From a virus: 64,000 nucleotides of DNA. Within the stretch, counting starts at the first letter, position 1; the number at the start of each line of letters is the position of its first letter. The stretch is taken from IMG/VR virus record IMGVR_UViG_3300031774_000001; one strand, given 5' to 3'. A program made the position numbers and the translations under genes. Under the pieces are notes generated by a model, which was given only the letters and a program-made list of their open reading frames with translations, did no database searches and was not told the origin of the DNA. This document shows positions 30,001 through 38,990 of this stretch, one piece after another.

Positions 30001-31693
30001 ACCATATATGCAAAACTGTACATCTGTTAACCCAGGTGCCTGCGGAATGCAAATTGACGGTAATCTTCACAAAAATACTCACACGGAATCATTTAAATCA
30101 ATGTTGGGTAATGACTTTACTCAAATCAATGATGATGGTATCGGTATTCACATCCTAGGAAAAGGACGTTGTGAGGCAGTATCAGTATTCGTATACTATT
30201 GTGAAAAAGCTGTTTATGCTGAATCAGGTGGATTTATAAGAGCTCTAAACTGTTCTCACTCTTACGGTGAACAAGCAGTTGTTGCTTCTGGTACAGACGA
30301 AGATGAAACACCAGTCAATGTTCAAACTAGAGGTTTGATGTTGAGTTATGACCATACAACTTTCCAATCTGGTTTTGCTGCTAACGATATAGAAGATTCA
30401 ATTGCAGTACAAGGACAAGGAACTGCTACAATAACAGGTGGTACTTCAGGTGCGACTGCTACACTTTTCAGATACAACGTATCATTAAATTACTTACACA
30501 TAGAAAGTATTACAGGTAATTTCGTACAAGGTGAAACAATTACAATTACAAAAGAAGATACAACAACATTTACAGTTGGTTTATCTGCTACATTTGGAGA
30601 TTCTTCAGCTGCTCAAGCAGGTCAAAGAGGACCTATACTAGCAGTTAAATCAGGTACAACAGCATTAACTTCTTCAAGTATAATTAAATTAGCTGCTAAT
30701 ATTAAATTCTCTGGTCTTTCAAAATACTATAGAGTTGGATTAGTTTCAGAAGAAGATTTAACTAACGGAACTGCTGTAATCAGATTAACAGAAGATATTG
30801 GTTTAAGTAAAGCACAACTTGCTAACGTATCAACTAATATAACAGAAAAATTTTCAAACATAAGATTAACAGGTCACGACTTCTTAAATATTGGTACAGG
30901 AAATTCAACTAAAACAAATTATCCAGGAACGCCTGCACAAGCTAATGACCAATCAGACGAAGTTACAGAAGAAAACGGTGGAAGAGTTTATTGGGTATCA
31001 ACTGACCAAACTGGTGACTTTAGAGTTGGTGATTTATTCAAAATTGAACAAGCTACTGGTACTGCCACTCTTAATGCAGACGCCTTTAACCTTTCAGGAT
31101 TAAGTGAATTAAAACTTGGTTCTATCGGTGCAGAATTAGGTGCCGCTGTAAACGAATTTAGTACAGACCAAACTTTAGGTGGAAATTCTAATACTGCCGT
31201 ACCAACAGAAAGTGCTATATTAGGATATATGACAAGAGATAAAGCTGGTGTCGGTGCTTGGGTTCCTCCAACAGGAACATCAGCACAAAGACCTGGTACT
31301 CCATATGCAGGTGCAATAAGATATAATACATCTTTAGTTGCTTGGGAAGGTTATAACGGATCATCTTGGACAGGTCTTGGTGGCGGAACACCGTGGCAAA
31401 CAATTACAGGTGACGGTTCAACAACAACAACTGCTTCAAGTGGCGGAAGATATTTAGTAAATACAAGTGTATATGCAACTACAGTTAATTTACCTGCTTC
31501 TCCATTAACTGGAGATACAGTTTCGTTTTTAGATGTTAATGGAACGTTTCAAACAAAACCATTAACAGTTGGTAGAAATGGAAATGAAATTATGAATTTA
31601 ACAGAAGATATGACTGCCGAAGTTAATCACGCAGGATTCACTTTAGTGTGGACTGGTGGAACGAACGGTTGGAAATTAGTTGAGGTAGCGTAA
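27041..31693 (+). CDS. Large tail fibre/spike protein with carbohydrate-binding-like repeats and a beta-helix region
   Basis: 1550 aa; seven N-terminal aromatic repeats; WVAPSGTD..PYKTL and GESLRNTII..SPYMQNCT beta-helix motifs; LPASP..GD C-terminal domain. Confidence 0.8.
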   Translation: MADFKLGRIKFKWRGDWQASTTYSLDDIAKYGGNTYVCIQNHVSPAAETDFYTSPGTYTDYWQVHGESVYFKGAYANATWYKLNDLVSYGGKQYRCTTAHTSASLVLDSAKFEQFVDSINFTGDYASSTQYKLNDIVKYGGRQYRCTTEYTSAAGGDPNIDLTKFTLFSEGLAFKGDFQVNTFYKLDDVVKFGSYQYRCTTAHTSGANQSDFAQANFSVYSEGLQFEDSYNASTLYSKGDVVTYGGYSYAYINAEESTGQTPADNSYWDVITTGFNATGLYVHGTLYKTGDTVQYGGNSYVCILDAQNQRPSQASGAVNSTYWKGVVEGFKWQGNYSAVTTYTIGDTVRFASNSYVNLKDQVLNVEPGSDATTWQAIAQGDTAAVMTSIGDMIVQDGGGVARLPLGLPGGVLTNDGDDILWSGISGKNVLWVAPSGTDGGPGTEALPYKTLAYACTHAKSNSIREYENVTGGTGGTQNLYDEVQGYASKELTITATPSTTTLEIQLGTSAYAHTYVSGGTIRKANDTTLAVSNGVYNHSTGIITLTTTTHSLSTGDKIRVWGLNYTCAKGAKTYPEVGSPSLYRVNTSGGVLKIDIVNGGAKHNVGDKIRIDGADIGGATALNFDVKSVAGDIIRIKNGTFKEKLPMVVQENVSVVGESLRNTIIMPASGTGSQIKTIELTNNVNSATNGQYKYLHPKKVEKPYTVQTVDNATTFTIDVGTDARAHTYVDGGTVTKSDYASLDITNAVYNNGTGIITITTASAHSLSASDVVKIANIKYHCKDGEKIYPKVGTGSVWSVVVKGGIAEEIITYHGGAGYHVGEVITLAAADVGNGGDLTFTVKSLEDNNASNMFLLNDRNNMRNMTFVGLSGQKRSGGLYKVTQVGSTTQFVVSLGTSQYAHTYISGGGVIKVGAEGTRFTLANASYAHSNGDMTITTNEVNGLTVGDYVTLGKMKFTCELGEKIYPSGPIQQAIMSLDPAGNIKNKSPYMQNCTSVNPGACGMQIDGNLHKNTHTESFKSMLGNDFTQINDDGIGIHILGKGRCEAVSVFVYYCEKAVYAESGGFIRALNCSHSYGEQAVVASGTDEDETPVNVQTRGLMLSYDHTTFQSGFAANDIEDSIAVQGQGTATITGGTSGATATLFRYNVSLNYLHIESITGNFVQGETITITKEDTTTFTVGLSATFGDSSAAQAGQRGPILAVKSGTTALTSSSIIKLAANIKFSGLSKYYRVGLVSEEDLTNGTAVIRLTEDIGLSKAQLANVSTNITEKFSNIRLTGHDFLNIGTGNSTKTNYPGTPAQANDQSDEVTEENGGRVYWVSTDQTGDFRVGDLFKIEQATGTATLNADAFNLSGLSELKLGSIGAELGAAVNEFSTDQTLGGNSNTAVPTESAILGYMTRDKAGVGAWVPPTGTSAQRPGTPYAGAIRYNTSLVAWEGYNGSSWTGLGGGTPWQTITGDGSTTTTASSGGRYLVNTSVYATTVNLPASPLTGDTVSFLDVNGTFQTKPLTVGRNGNEIMNLTEDMTAEVNHAGFTLVWTGGTNGWKLVEVA
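27068..28170 (+). repeat. Seven ~50-aa tandem protein repeats (CBM5/12-like)
   Basis: Consensus F-G-Y/W....Y.L.D.V.YGG.QY.C...HTS seen seven times. Confidence 0.8.
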
Positions 31694-31713
31694 TAAATAA
31701 ATATAGGTAACTT

Positions 31714-33147
31714 ATGTCAAAACTTTCACAATTTAGTATAACAACAAAACAAAAAGATGAATTCTATGGATTTCATAGAACTAATCCTGGGCAAACTATT
31801 AATAGAGATATTAAAATAGTTGCTGGTAATCAAGCTGTCTATGAATATAATTTAAGTACAGCATTTGATTCTAGTACAGCAACTTATTCAAAAAGTACTT
31901 CTATTCATACAGAAGATACAAATCCAAGAGAAGTAAGATTTGGTAATAGTGGTCTGAAAATGTATACTGTTGGACATACTGATAAACATATTGATGAGTA
32001 CGATTTAACAACAGCATTTGATGTTTCTACAGCAACTTGGAGAACACACTTCAATGTTGGTACGCAAGAAACAAGTCCACAAGGATTAGCTTTCAACGAT
32101 ACTGGAACTAAAATGTATGTTGTAGGTACTGCTGGAAATTTAGACGCAAGTATCGCTGCTGACAATGTTTATGAATATGCATTATCAACTGCTTGGCAAG
32201 TTGAAACAGCAACTTATACAGATTTATTTTCATTAGCTGCTACAGAAACAGACCCACGTACAATGAGATTTAATGCAGACGGATCATTAATGTTTATTTT
32301 AGGTGATGACGGAAATGATGTTGGAGAATATTCATTATCTACAAACTATGATGTTTCTACAGCAACTTATGTTGATTCATTTTCTTTCGCTGCTGAAGAT
32401 ACTTCACCAATAGGATTTGGTTTCAATACATTAGGAACTAAAATATATATTTGTGGTAGTGTCGGTTCAGATGTTATGGAATATACATTAGTAACAGGTT
32501 TTGATATTTCAACTACACAAGCACTCGACTCTACATATACTTTTACTGCTGCTACTACACCAAGCGCACCAATAAGAAATGTAAGAGGACTAGAATTTAA
32601 TACTACAGGATCAAAAATGTATCTTATTATGGATGCTGGTAAATATATTGTAGACGGTGGAGATGATGAATTACCTATCACTCACGAAACAAGATTTAGA
32701 AATACTATGAAATTTTATGAAGGTAATACTTACAAATTTGATGTTTCTGACTCAAGTAATATTGGACATCAATTTAAATTTTCAACTACTTCAGATGGAA
32801 CGTGGGGTGGTGGAACTGAATACTCTACAAATGTAACTACTTCTGGAACTGCTGGAAGTGGTGGCGCATATGTACAAATAGTTGTTCCAAGAAAAACACC
32901 TGATCCAGACCCTGGTAGTGCTGTTGATAAATTATACTACTACAATGGTAAACATAGTTTAGCAGGTGGGGATATTTACACTCCTGAATGGAAGGGTAAT
33001 TTACAAATAACATACACTAATGGTCAAGACGACATAGATACTAGATATAAAACAAAGAATCAAGAAGATATCTTTGAGGATAGTGTTCTATGGAAAGCTG
33101 GATTAGAGTGGACTATAGTTAACGGTAATTTAACAGTAGGACTATAG
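31714..33147 (+). CDS. Beta-propeller repeat protein with degenerate cupredoxin-like domain; putative adhesin
   Basis: Repeated EY.LSTAFD.STATY..P.G..FN..G.KMY blades; FYEGNTYKFDVSDSSN.GH..LYYY domain. Confidence 0.7.
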   Translation: MSKLSQFSITTKQKDEFYGFHRTNPGQTINRDIKIVAGNQAVYEYNLSTAFDSSTATYSKSTSIHTEDTNPREVRFGNSGLKMYTVGHTDKHIDEYDLTTAFDVSTATWRTHFNVGTQETSPQGLAFNDTGTKMYVVGTAGNLDASIAADNVYEYALSTAWQVETATYTDLFSLAATETDPRTMRFNADGSLMFILGDDGNDVGEYSLSTNYDVSTATYVDSFSFAAEDTSPIGFGFNTLGTKIYICGSVGSDVMEYTLVTGFDISTTQALDSTYTFTAATTPSAPIRNVRGLEFNTTGSKMYLIMDAGKYIVDGGDDELPITHETRFRNTMKFYEGNTYKFDVSDSSNIGHQFKFSTTSDGTWGGGTEYSTNVTTSGTAGSGGAYVQIVVPRKTPDPDPGSAVDKLYYYNGKHSLAGGDIYTPEWKGNLQITYTNGQDDIDTRYKTKNQEDIFEDSVLWKAGLEWTIVNGNLTVGL

Positions 33148-33189
33148 AAATAAATATTACAAATTTTATAAAAGTGAGAAATAAACTAT

Positions 33190-33203
33190 TATAAATATAA
33201 ATA
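33190..33203 (+). promoter_or_regulatory. Two overlapping late promoters TATAAATA
   Basis: tataaatataaata contains the consensus at 33190 and 33196. Confidence 0.8.
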
Positions 33204-33218
33204 AGGAACAAGAGAATT

Positions 33219-33845
33219 ATGGCAACAATAAATTTAGGCAGAATTAAACCAGTATTCCAAGGTGCTTACAACGCCGCTACAGCTTACGTTGTAGATGACA
33301 TTGTAACTTTTGGTGGCGAGTCATTTATATGCATTTTAGCTTCAACTGGTAATGCTACTTCAAATGCAACTTACTGGTCAAAAATCGCTAAAAAAGGTGA
33401 TGATGTAACCCAATTAACAACACACGGAGATATCCTTTTTAGGGATGCTTCTGGTGTTCAAAGATTACCTGCTGGTACAAGCGGAAACGTTTTACAAACA
33501 AAAGGTAATGCAGCTGACCCAACTTGGGCAAATGCAACTGGAATTAACTGGGAAACTAAAACTGCTAACTTTACTGCTGTATCTGGTGGTGCATATATTT
33601 GCAATACAGACGGCGGTGCTTTTACAATGACATTACCTGCAAGTCCAGCAGATAACGATTACGTTATGGTTGCTGACGCAATGGGTAAATTTGGATCTAA
33701 AAACCTTACAGTTGATAGAGCTGGTAATAACATAGCGGGAAGTGCTACTAATTTAACAGTAGATTCTAACTACGCAAATTTCAGACTAACATTTAAAACA
33801 ACACCAGACGTGACTTCTTCATTTATTGGATGGTTGTTAACATAA
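33219..33845 (+). CDS. Short fibre/adaptor protein (miniature paralogue of 27041)
   Basis: Shares the LGRIK N-terminal repeat, GD..RLP.G..G.VL linker and LPASP C-terminal domain with 27041. Confidence 0.75.
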   Translation: MATINLGRIKPVFQGAYNAATAYVVDDIVTFGGESFICILASTGNATSNATYWSKIAKKGDDVTQLTTHGDILFRDASGVQRLPAGTSGNVLQTKGNAADPTWANATGINWETKTANFTAVSGGAYICNTDGGAFTMTLPASPADNDYVMVADAMGKFGSKNLTVDRAGNNIAGSATNLTVDSNYANFRLTFKTTPDVTSSFIGWLLT

Positions 33846-33868
33846 TTTAAAATGAAAGTAATAAACAA

Positions 33869-33876
33869 TATAAATA
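33869..33876 (+). promoter_or_regulatory. Late promoter TATAAATA
   Basis: Exact consensus, intergenic. Confidence 0.8.
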
Positions 33877-33907
33877 GTTTAATAAAAGATTTAAGGGAGA
33901 ACATTTA

Positions 33908-35401
33908 ATGAGTAACTATTCAACACTTTTAGGTGGCGGATCAGCTGGGGCAATTGACCACAGAAAAGAATCATTGCCTCTATTTGGTTTTTGGGGAGAT
34001 AACTCCGACCAGAACCATCATATGACTTATAGAGTTTTCGATTCTGGTTTCAAAGAAACTGGTTCACCTTGGGGTGCAATATCTAACTCTACTACTAACT
34101 ACAGATTTGGTATCACTGGTGACGCTTCGTTTTCATATTCACACAATGACCACGGAACTCACGTTTCTCACCACGATTTAACAACACAAGGTTATTCATC
34201 TTGGACATATTGGAACAAAAGTATGTACCAATGTGACCAATACCCACACGCACAATGGTACACATCTTCAAGAGATGGAATGGTATCTTGGCATTCATTA
34301 CACGAATATACTTCAAGTTTTGAATATCAAAACGGATGGACAAAACTTAATATGGTTCTACCTGAAGGTATTAGACCTAGACGTATGTTCTTAAACAGAA
34401 GATACACAATGAGAGAAATGTATCCTGGTAATCACGCTTGTCCTAATATAGATTACTACGATTATTCTTCACACTTATTAAATACAGACCAATCATATGC
34501 GACTGGTACTGGATACAATGAGAAAACAAAAACTTTAGTTATGATTCACTCTGGTGACGAAGGTGGAAATACTTCAAAAACTATTCACATTTTCAAAGGT
34601 ACGAAATGTTTAAATAAAATAGACAGAATTAAAGAATTCTTTGACAATTTATCTTCAACTGAATACTTTACTGACACTTGGACTAACCAAAATAATAAAG
34701 ATTGGTGCGTAGTTGTCGGTAATAACGATTTCGTTGGATTTGGATTAAAACAAGGTAACAGTAAGAGATACGGTGTATTTGATTGTTCAGTAAAAGGAAC
34801 AGGTGTTGCTATAACAGGTGCAAGTAGACAATGGGATGCTTGGCAAACGTTCCAAGGATCAACAACAACGTCTTACGGCGCTTGGGAAGGTCACCAATAC
34901 TACACTAAATTTATGACTACTTGGGATGGTACTTGGGGAATGATTTATTCACCATATTACTACTACGGAGTTGGTATCAATGCATTCTGTATGAGTTTAG
35001 AGAATCCTAAAAAATTCATAAGTATTAACCAAACTAAATCAAGTAGAGGAAATCCTTGGTTTGCTTGGGGTCGTACAGGTTTCCACGGAGGTTGGTCAGA
35101 CAACACCGACGGTACTTCTCATAGAACGTATGCGTGGTCTTTTGATCCAACGGATTCAGATGAAACTACGACAACTAGAGTTTACGACGGTAGCTCATCA
35201 GGAGATGGAGTTATTCCAAACAACAATAACCTTGTTGGTGCAGACATAACTAATAAAACTGGAAATCACGGTTTAACAGCTGCAAGAACGTGGCTACACG
35301 GAGGTTTCTATTCAACTGCTTATCCATTGTTAATGCAAATTGACTGGTGGGGAAGTTATGGAAACAACGATTCTACTTACGGTGGTAAGTACGGTTCATA
35401 A
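33908..35401 (+). CDS. Trp/Tyr/His-rich putative receptor-binding protein
   Basis: 497 aa, aromatic-rich, MSNYSTLLGGGS N-terminus, follows the adaptor gene. Confidence 0.55.
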   Translation: MSNYSTLLGGGSAGAIDHRKESLPLFGFWGDNSDQNHHMTYRVFDSGFKETGSPWGAISNSTTNYRFGITGDASFSYSHNDHGTHVSHHDLTTQGYSSWTYWNKSMYQCDQYPHAQWYTSSRDGMVSWHSLHEYTSSFEYQNGWTKLNMVLPEGIRPRRMFLNRRYTMREMYPGNHACPNIDYYDYSSHLLNTDQSYATGTGYNEKTKTLVMIHSGDEGGNTSKTIHIFKGTKCLNKIDRIKEFFDNLSSTEYFTDTWTNQNNKDWCVVVGNNDFVGFGLKQGNSKRYGVFDCSVKGTGVAITGASRQWDAWQTFQGSTTTSYGAWEGHQYYTKFMTTWDGTWGMIYSPYYYYGVGINAFCMSLENPKKFISINQTKSSRGNPWFAWGRTGFHGGWSDNTDGTSHRTYAWSFDPTDSDETTTTRVYDGSSSGDGVIPNNNNLVGADITNKTGNHGLTAARTWLHGGFYSTAYPLLMQIDWWGSYGNNDSTYGGKYGS

Positions 35402-35432
35402 TAAAATATATAATTAAGGAGAATTAAAAAAA

Positions 35433-35747
35433 ATGGCAACATATTACTTTAATGTACACGACGGATCAGCTTTTACAGATAAAGCAACCGCTGGCGATGA
35501 AGCAGTATCAGCAGGAAGAGCAGTCAAAAGAGATGATGTTCCTGATGGTGTTGAACCTTGGAGATTATCTTGGAACGGTTCAGCAGTAGTTTGCTTTGCA
35601 GAAGGCAAAACAGAAGCTGAAGCAATAGCACAGAAACAACAAGACTCAGATGACGAAGCTACTGCTAATAAAGCAAAACAAGATGAATTGGTTAAAGCTG
35701 AAGTTGTTAAAACTAAAGCTCTTAAAGACGAAGGTCTTGAAGTTTAA
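35433..35747 (+). CDS. Small protein, possible fibre assembly chaperone
   Basis: Position after the putative adhesin; SD AAGGAG. Confidence 0.5.
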   Translation: MATYYFNVHDGSAFTDKATAGDEAVSAGRAVKRDDVPDGVEPWRLSWNGSAVVCFAEGKTEAEAIAQKQQDSDDEATANKAKQDELVKAEVVKTKALKDEGLEV

Positions 35748-35796
35748 TTAATTCTCCAGAAGATAGTAATATCTTCTTACATCACCTGGTTATATT

Positions 35797-36459
35797 ATGT
35801 ACGATATCAAAGAATTAACAGCAGAAATTCATCAAAACGCAGAAAGACAAGAGTTTGTCAAGACTCTTATGTCTGGTTCTATTGAACCTAATCTTTACGC
35901 CACATATCTTTACAACCAATTACAATGCTATTCTGTATTAGAAAAATATGGAATGGAGAATTCTCTATTTCGTACAACTCCTAATCTACCTAGAGGAGAA
36001 CATATACATTATGATTACAAAGCATTATGGACAGGTGAAGGTGAGCCAACTATAACTCAAAGTACAAAAGATTATGTTGCTCATATTGAAACAATCAAAG
36101 AAGACGCAGAAAAATTATACGCTCATATCTATACTAGACATTTAGGAGATGTATCTGGTGGTCAAATGATAATGAAAAGAACGCCAGGACCTAATCGTTA
36201 TTACAAATTTAAGCATAAAGAAATAAAAGAATATAAACGAATAGTAAAAGAAACAATAAACAGTTATTTAAATGTTTATAAACTTAATATTTTAAATGAG
36301 TGTAAATTTTGTTTTGCAAGTGCTACAGCATTGTTTAAAGAAATGAACGAAATGGATACTTCTAAACCTTTAATATTAACCAATGAAGTATTTGACGAAA
36401 ATAATAAAGATACAGAAAATGATCCTTTCAAAGGAACAAGTATTGAAGGAAGAGATTAA
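35797..36459 (+). CDS. hemO: Heme oxygenase (HemO/Ho1-like)
   Basis: ELTAEIHQNAE proximal His; AHIYTRHLGDVSGGQMI distal helix. Confidence 0.9.
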   Translation: MYDIKELTAEIHQNAERQEFVKTLMSGSIEPNLYATYLYNQLQCYSVLEKYGMENSLFRTTPNLPRGEHIHYDYKALWTGEGEPTITQSTKDYVAHIETIKEDAEKLYAHIYTRHLGDVSGGQMIMKRTPGPNRYYKFKHKEIKEYKRIVKETINSYLNVYKLNILNECKFCFASATALFKEMNEMDTSKPLILTNEVFDENNKDTENDPFKGTSIEGRD

Positions 36460-37136
36460 TGATTTGGGAAAGATTAATCAAACTTGAAAAAGACATAATT
36501 GCTATACTTGATAAACGTTGTAAAGAATATAACGAAGAAGGTATGGATAGATTTAATAATGATAATTGGACCAACCGAACTTGGTCTAATATGAGTGTAA
36601 GACGTGCTCACGTAGACGTAGTGGATGCTAGAGAAACAAAAGGTCTTTGGATGGCACACATATGTTTATTTCCAAATTTAACAAATGGTGGTCCAATTTA
36701 TGGATTTGATGTTATTGCAGGAAAGAAAAAGGTGACAGGTTGTTTTCACGATTTTAGTCCACTATTATTAAAAGAACACCCATTAACAAAGTATTTTATA
36801 GAAGAAACCAAATGGTATAAACCATCTAAAAAAAGAGAATTGCCAGATTGGGCATTAGAAATTTTTAGTCCAGGTATGATTGCCGCTGGTAATATATCAG
36901 ATGAAAGAGAATTAAATCAAATTTGTACTCTTGCTACGTCTAATTTAGAAAATTATCTTGACAAAATTGGTCATTATAATAGCGATTCAAAAAAAGAAGA
37001 TGTTATAAGAGCTCAAAACTTCTATTGCGAGCACCAACAACAAAATCCACACACCCCTAGAGTAATGCGATCCCTTGGATTGCCTGAAGATGATATAAGA
37101 GTATTCTGTACTGATAATTTGTTTCCGAAGATATAA
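36459..37136 (+). CDS. pcyX: Ferredoxin-dependent bilin reductase, PcyX/PcyA-like
   Basis: RRAH, PIYGFDVIAG, FHDFSP, LPDWALEIFS, QNFYCEHQQQNPHT; coupled to heme oxygenase. Confidence 0.8.
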   Translation: MIWERLIKLEKDIIAILDKRCKEYNEEGMDRFNNDNWTNRTWSNMSVRRAHVDVVDARETKGLWMAHICLFPNLTNGGPIYGFDVIAGKKKVTGCFHDFSPLLLKEHPLTKYFIEETKWYKPSKKRELPDWALEIFSPGMIAAGNISDERELNQICTLATSNLENYLDKIGHYNSDSKKEDVIRAQNFYCEHQQQNPHTPRVMRSLGLPEDDIRVFCTDNLFPKI

Positions 37137-37143
37137 TTGTTAT

Positions 37144-37151
37144 TATAAATA
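37144..37151 (+). promoter_or_regulatory. Late promoter TATAAATA
   Basis: Exact consensus before gp13. Confidence 0.8.
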
Positions 37152-37169
37152 TACAATAAAGGGATTTAT

Positions 37170-37994
37170 ATGGCAAAACCAGCAACCAGAGAACAGTTAA
37201 AACAGTACGCTTTAAGAGCTTTAGGAAAACCAGTAATAGAAATTAACGTAGATGACGACCAGTTAGAAGATAGACTGGACGAAGCATTACAATATTTTGC
37301 TCAATATCACTATGAAGGTGTTAAAAGAACCTACCTAAAATACAAGTATACTCAAGCAGATAAAGATAGAATTACAGGTACAGGTACAACTGAAGTTGCT
37401 ACTAAAACTTATGGTGATTCAACTACTGTATCAAGTGAGTGGGTAGAAGGTAATCAGTATATCATTGTTCCTGAATCAGTTATATCAGTAGTTAATATTT
37501 TTCCATTTTCAAACAAAGGTAATTTAAATTTATTTGATGTTAGATATCAATTAAGATTAAATGACTTATATGATTTTTCTTCAACGTCTGTTATTAATTA
37601 TGATGTTGTATTAAGACATTTAGATTTTTTAGACCACGTATTAGTTGGTGAAAAACCAATGAGATTTAATCAACACGATAATAGATTGTATATAGATATG
37701 GATTGGAAAAATGATTTACAAGTTGATGAATTTCTTGTAATAGAGTGTTTTAGACAATTAGATCCAGAACAATTTACAGATGTCTATGATGATTTATTTT
37801 TAAAGAAATATGTTGTTGCTTTATTTAAAAAACAATGGGGCGCTAATTTAGCAAAATTTGGTGGTGTTCAAATGATAGGTGGGGTTACTTTAAACGGACA
37901 AGAAATTTATTCACAAGCATTAGCAGATATAGAAACTTTAGAACAAAAAATCAGGTCACAATACGAATTAAATCCAACCTTTATGATAGGATAA
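37170..37994 (+). CDS. gp13: Neck protein gp13
   Basis: LRALGKPVIEINVDDDQLEDR; KKQWGANL.KF.GVQ..GGVTLNG. Confidence 0.92.
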   Translation: MAKPATREQLKQYALRALGKPVIEINVDDDQLEDRLDEALQYFAQYHYEGVKRTYLKYKYTQADKDRITGTGTTEVATKTYGDSTTVSSEWVEGNQYIIVPESVISVVNIFPFSNKGNLNLFDVRYQLRLNDLYDFSSTSVINYDVVLRHLDFLDHVLVGEKPMRFNQHDNRLYIDMDWKNDLQVDEFLVIECFRQLDPEQFTDVYDDLFLKKYVVALFKKQWGANLAKFGGVQMIGGVTLNGQEIYSQALADIETLEQKIRSQYELNPTFMIG

Positions 37995-37998
37995 TGCT

Positions 37999-38817
37999 AT
38001 GCCAGTTAATCATTACTTTCAAGGTGGACGAGGCATAGGCAATGCTGCCGAAAAAAGACTACACGAAGATATAATTGTTGAAGGTCTTAAAATTTACGGT
38101 CAGGATGTCTTTTACTTACCACGAACATTAGTCAATAAAGATTTAATACTAGGAGAAGATGTAACTAGTAAGTTTGACGATTCATTTTCAATAGAAATGT
38201 ATTTTGAAAACAATACAGGTTTTGCAGGTGAGCAAGAAATCATAAGTAAATTTGGATTAGAAATTAGGGACGACACAACACTTGTTGTTGCAAAAAGAAG
38301 TTTCAATAATTTAGTTGCAAATAAAGCAAACTTAATTGCTTCAGGAAGACCAAATGAAGGTGATGTAATTTATGTTCCTTTAATGGGTTCTTTCTTTGAA
38401 ATTTTATTTGTAGAAGACCAGGAACCTTTCTATCAATTAGGAAACTTACCAGTTTATAAATTAAAAGTAACTCGTTGGGAATATTCAAGTGAAAAACTTG
38501 ATACAGGTTTAGAAGTTATTGACCAACACGAAGACGCAGCTACTTTAGACCAATTACAGTATAGAGTAAAATTAGAATACGGTCAAGAGGCTATGACAGG
38601 TGCAGGATCATTAACGTTAGAAGACTACTTTGACCATTCAACAGGTCAACCATCTTTCTTAATGAAAGAAGATTATACTGCTTCTAATATACAAACACAA
38701 TCTCCATATGCAGATAACCTAGACTTGAATAAAGAGGCAGGATATGATACAGTAGGAACAGCAGATGATATATTAGACTTTACTGAAAGAAATCCGTTTG
38801 GGGAGATTGATGAGTAA
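37999..38817 (+). CDS. gp14: Neck protein gp14
   Basis: YGQDVFYLPR, SKFGLEIRD, RPNEGD, FYQLG, DFTERNPFG. Confidence 0.92.
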   Translation: MPVNHYFQGGRGIGNAAEKRLHEDIIVEGLKIYGQDVFYLPRTLVNKDLILGEDVTSKFDDSFSIEMYFENNTGFAGEQEIISKFGLEIRDDTTLVVAKRSFNNLVANKANLIASGRPNEGDVIYVPLMGSFFEILFVEDQEPFYQLGNLPVYKLKVTRWEYSSEKLDTGLEVIDQHEDAATLDQLQYRVKLEYGQEAMTGAGSLTLEDYFDHSTGQPSFLMKEDYTASNIQTQSPYADNLDLNKEAGYDTVGTADDILDFTERNPFGEIDE

Positions 38818-38990
38818 TGGAAAACACTAGAGATAGACATAAACAATTAACTGAACATACTAATAAAGTTAATAGAGAAAAAAAAACTTTAGAATTAACT
38901 AAAGTTTTAAGAACAGAAGTTGAAATAGGTGCAACAGGCACACAAAGATATAGAATTAAAAAAGGACCTAATAAAGGTAAAATATTATAA
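38817..38990 (+). CDS. Small 57-aa basic protein (not in the ORF track)
   Basis: TAATG overlaps at both ends fill the gp14-gp15 gap exactly; MENTRDRHKQL..GTQRYRIKKGPNKGKIL. Confidence 0.75.
   Translation: MENTRDRHKQLTEHTNKVNREKKTLELTKVLRTEVEIGATGTQRYRIKKGPNKGKIL

Noticed and set aside
27041-35401. Diversity-generating retroelement or invertible tail-fibre switch
   Set aside because: No reverse transcriptase or invertase, and no near-identical template/variable repeat pair; similarity between fibre genes is protein-level only
35797-37136. Cyanophage ho1-pebS/pcyA assignment
   Set aside because: No psbA, hli, petF or cpeT in the window, and GFDVIAG/FHDFSP motifs fit PcyX better; phylogeny is needed to be sure
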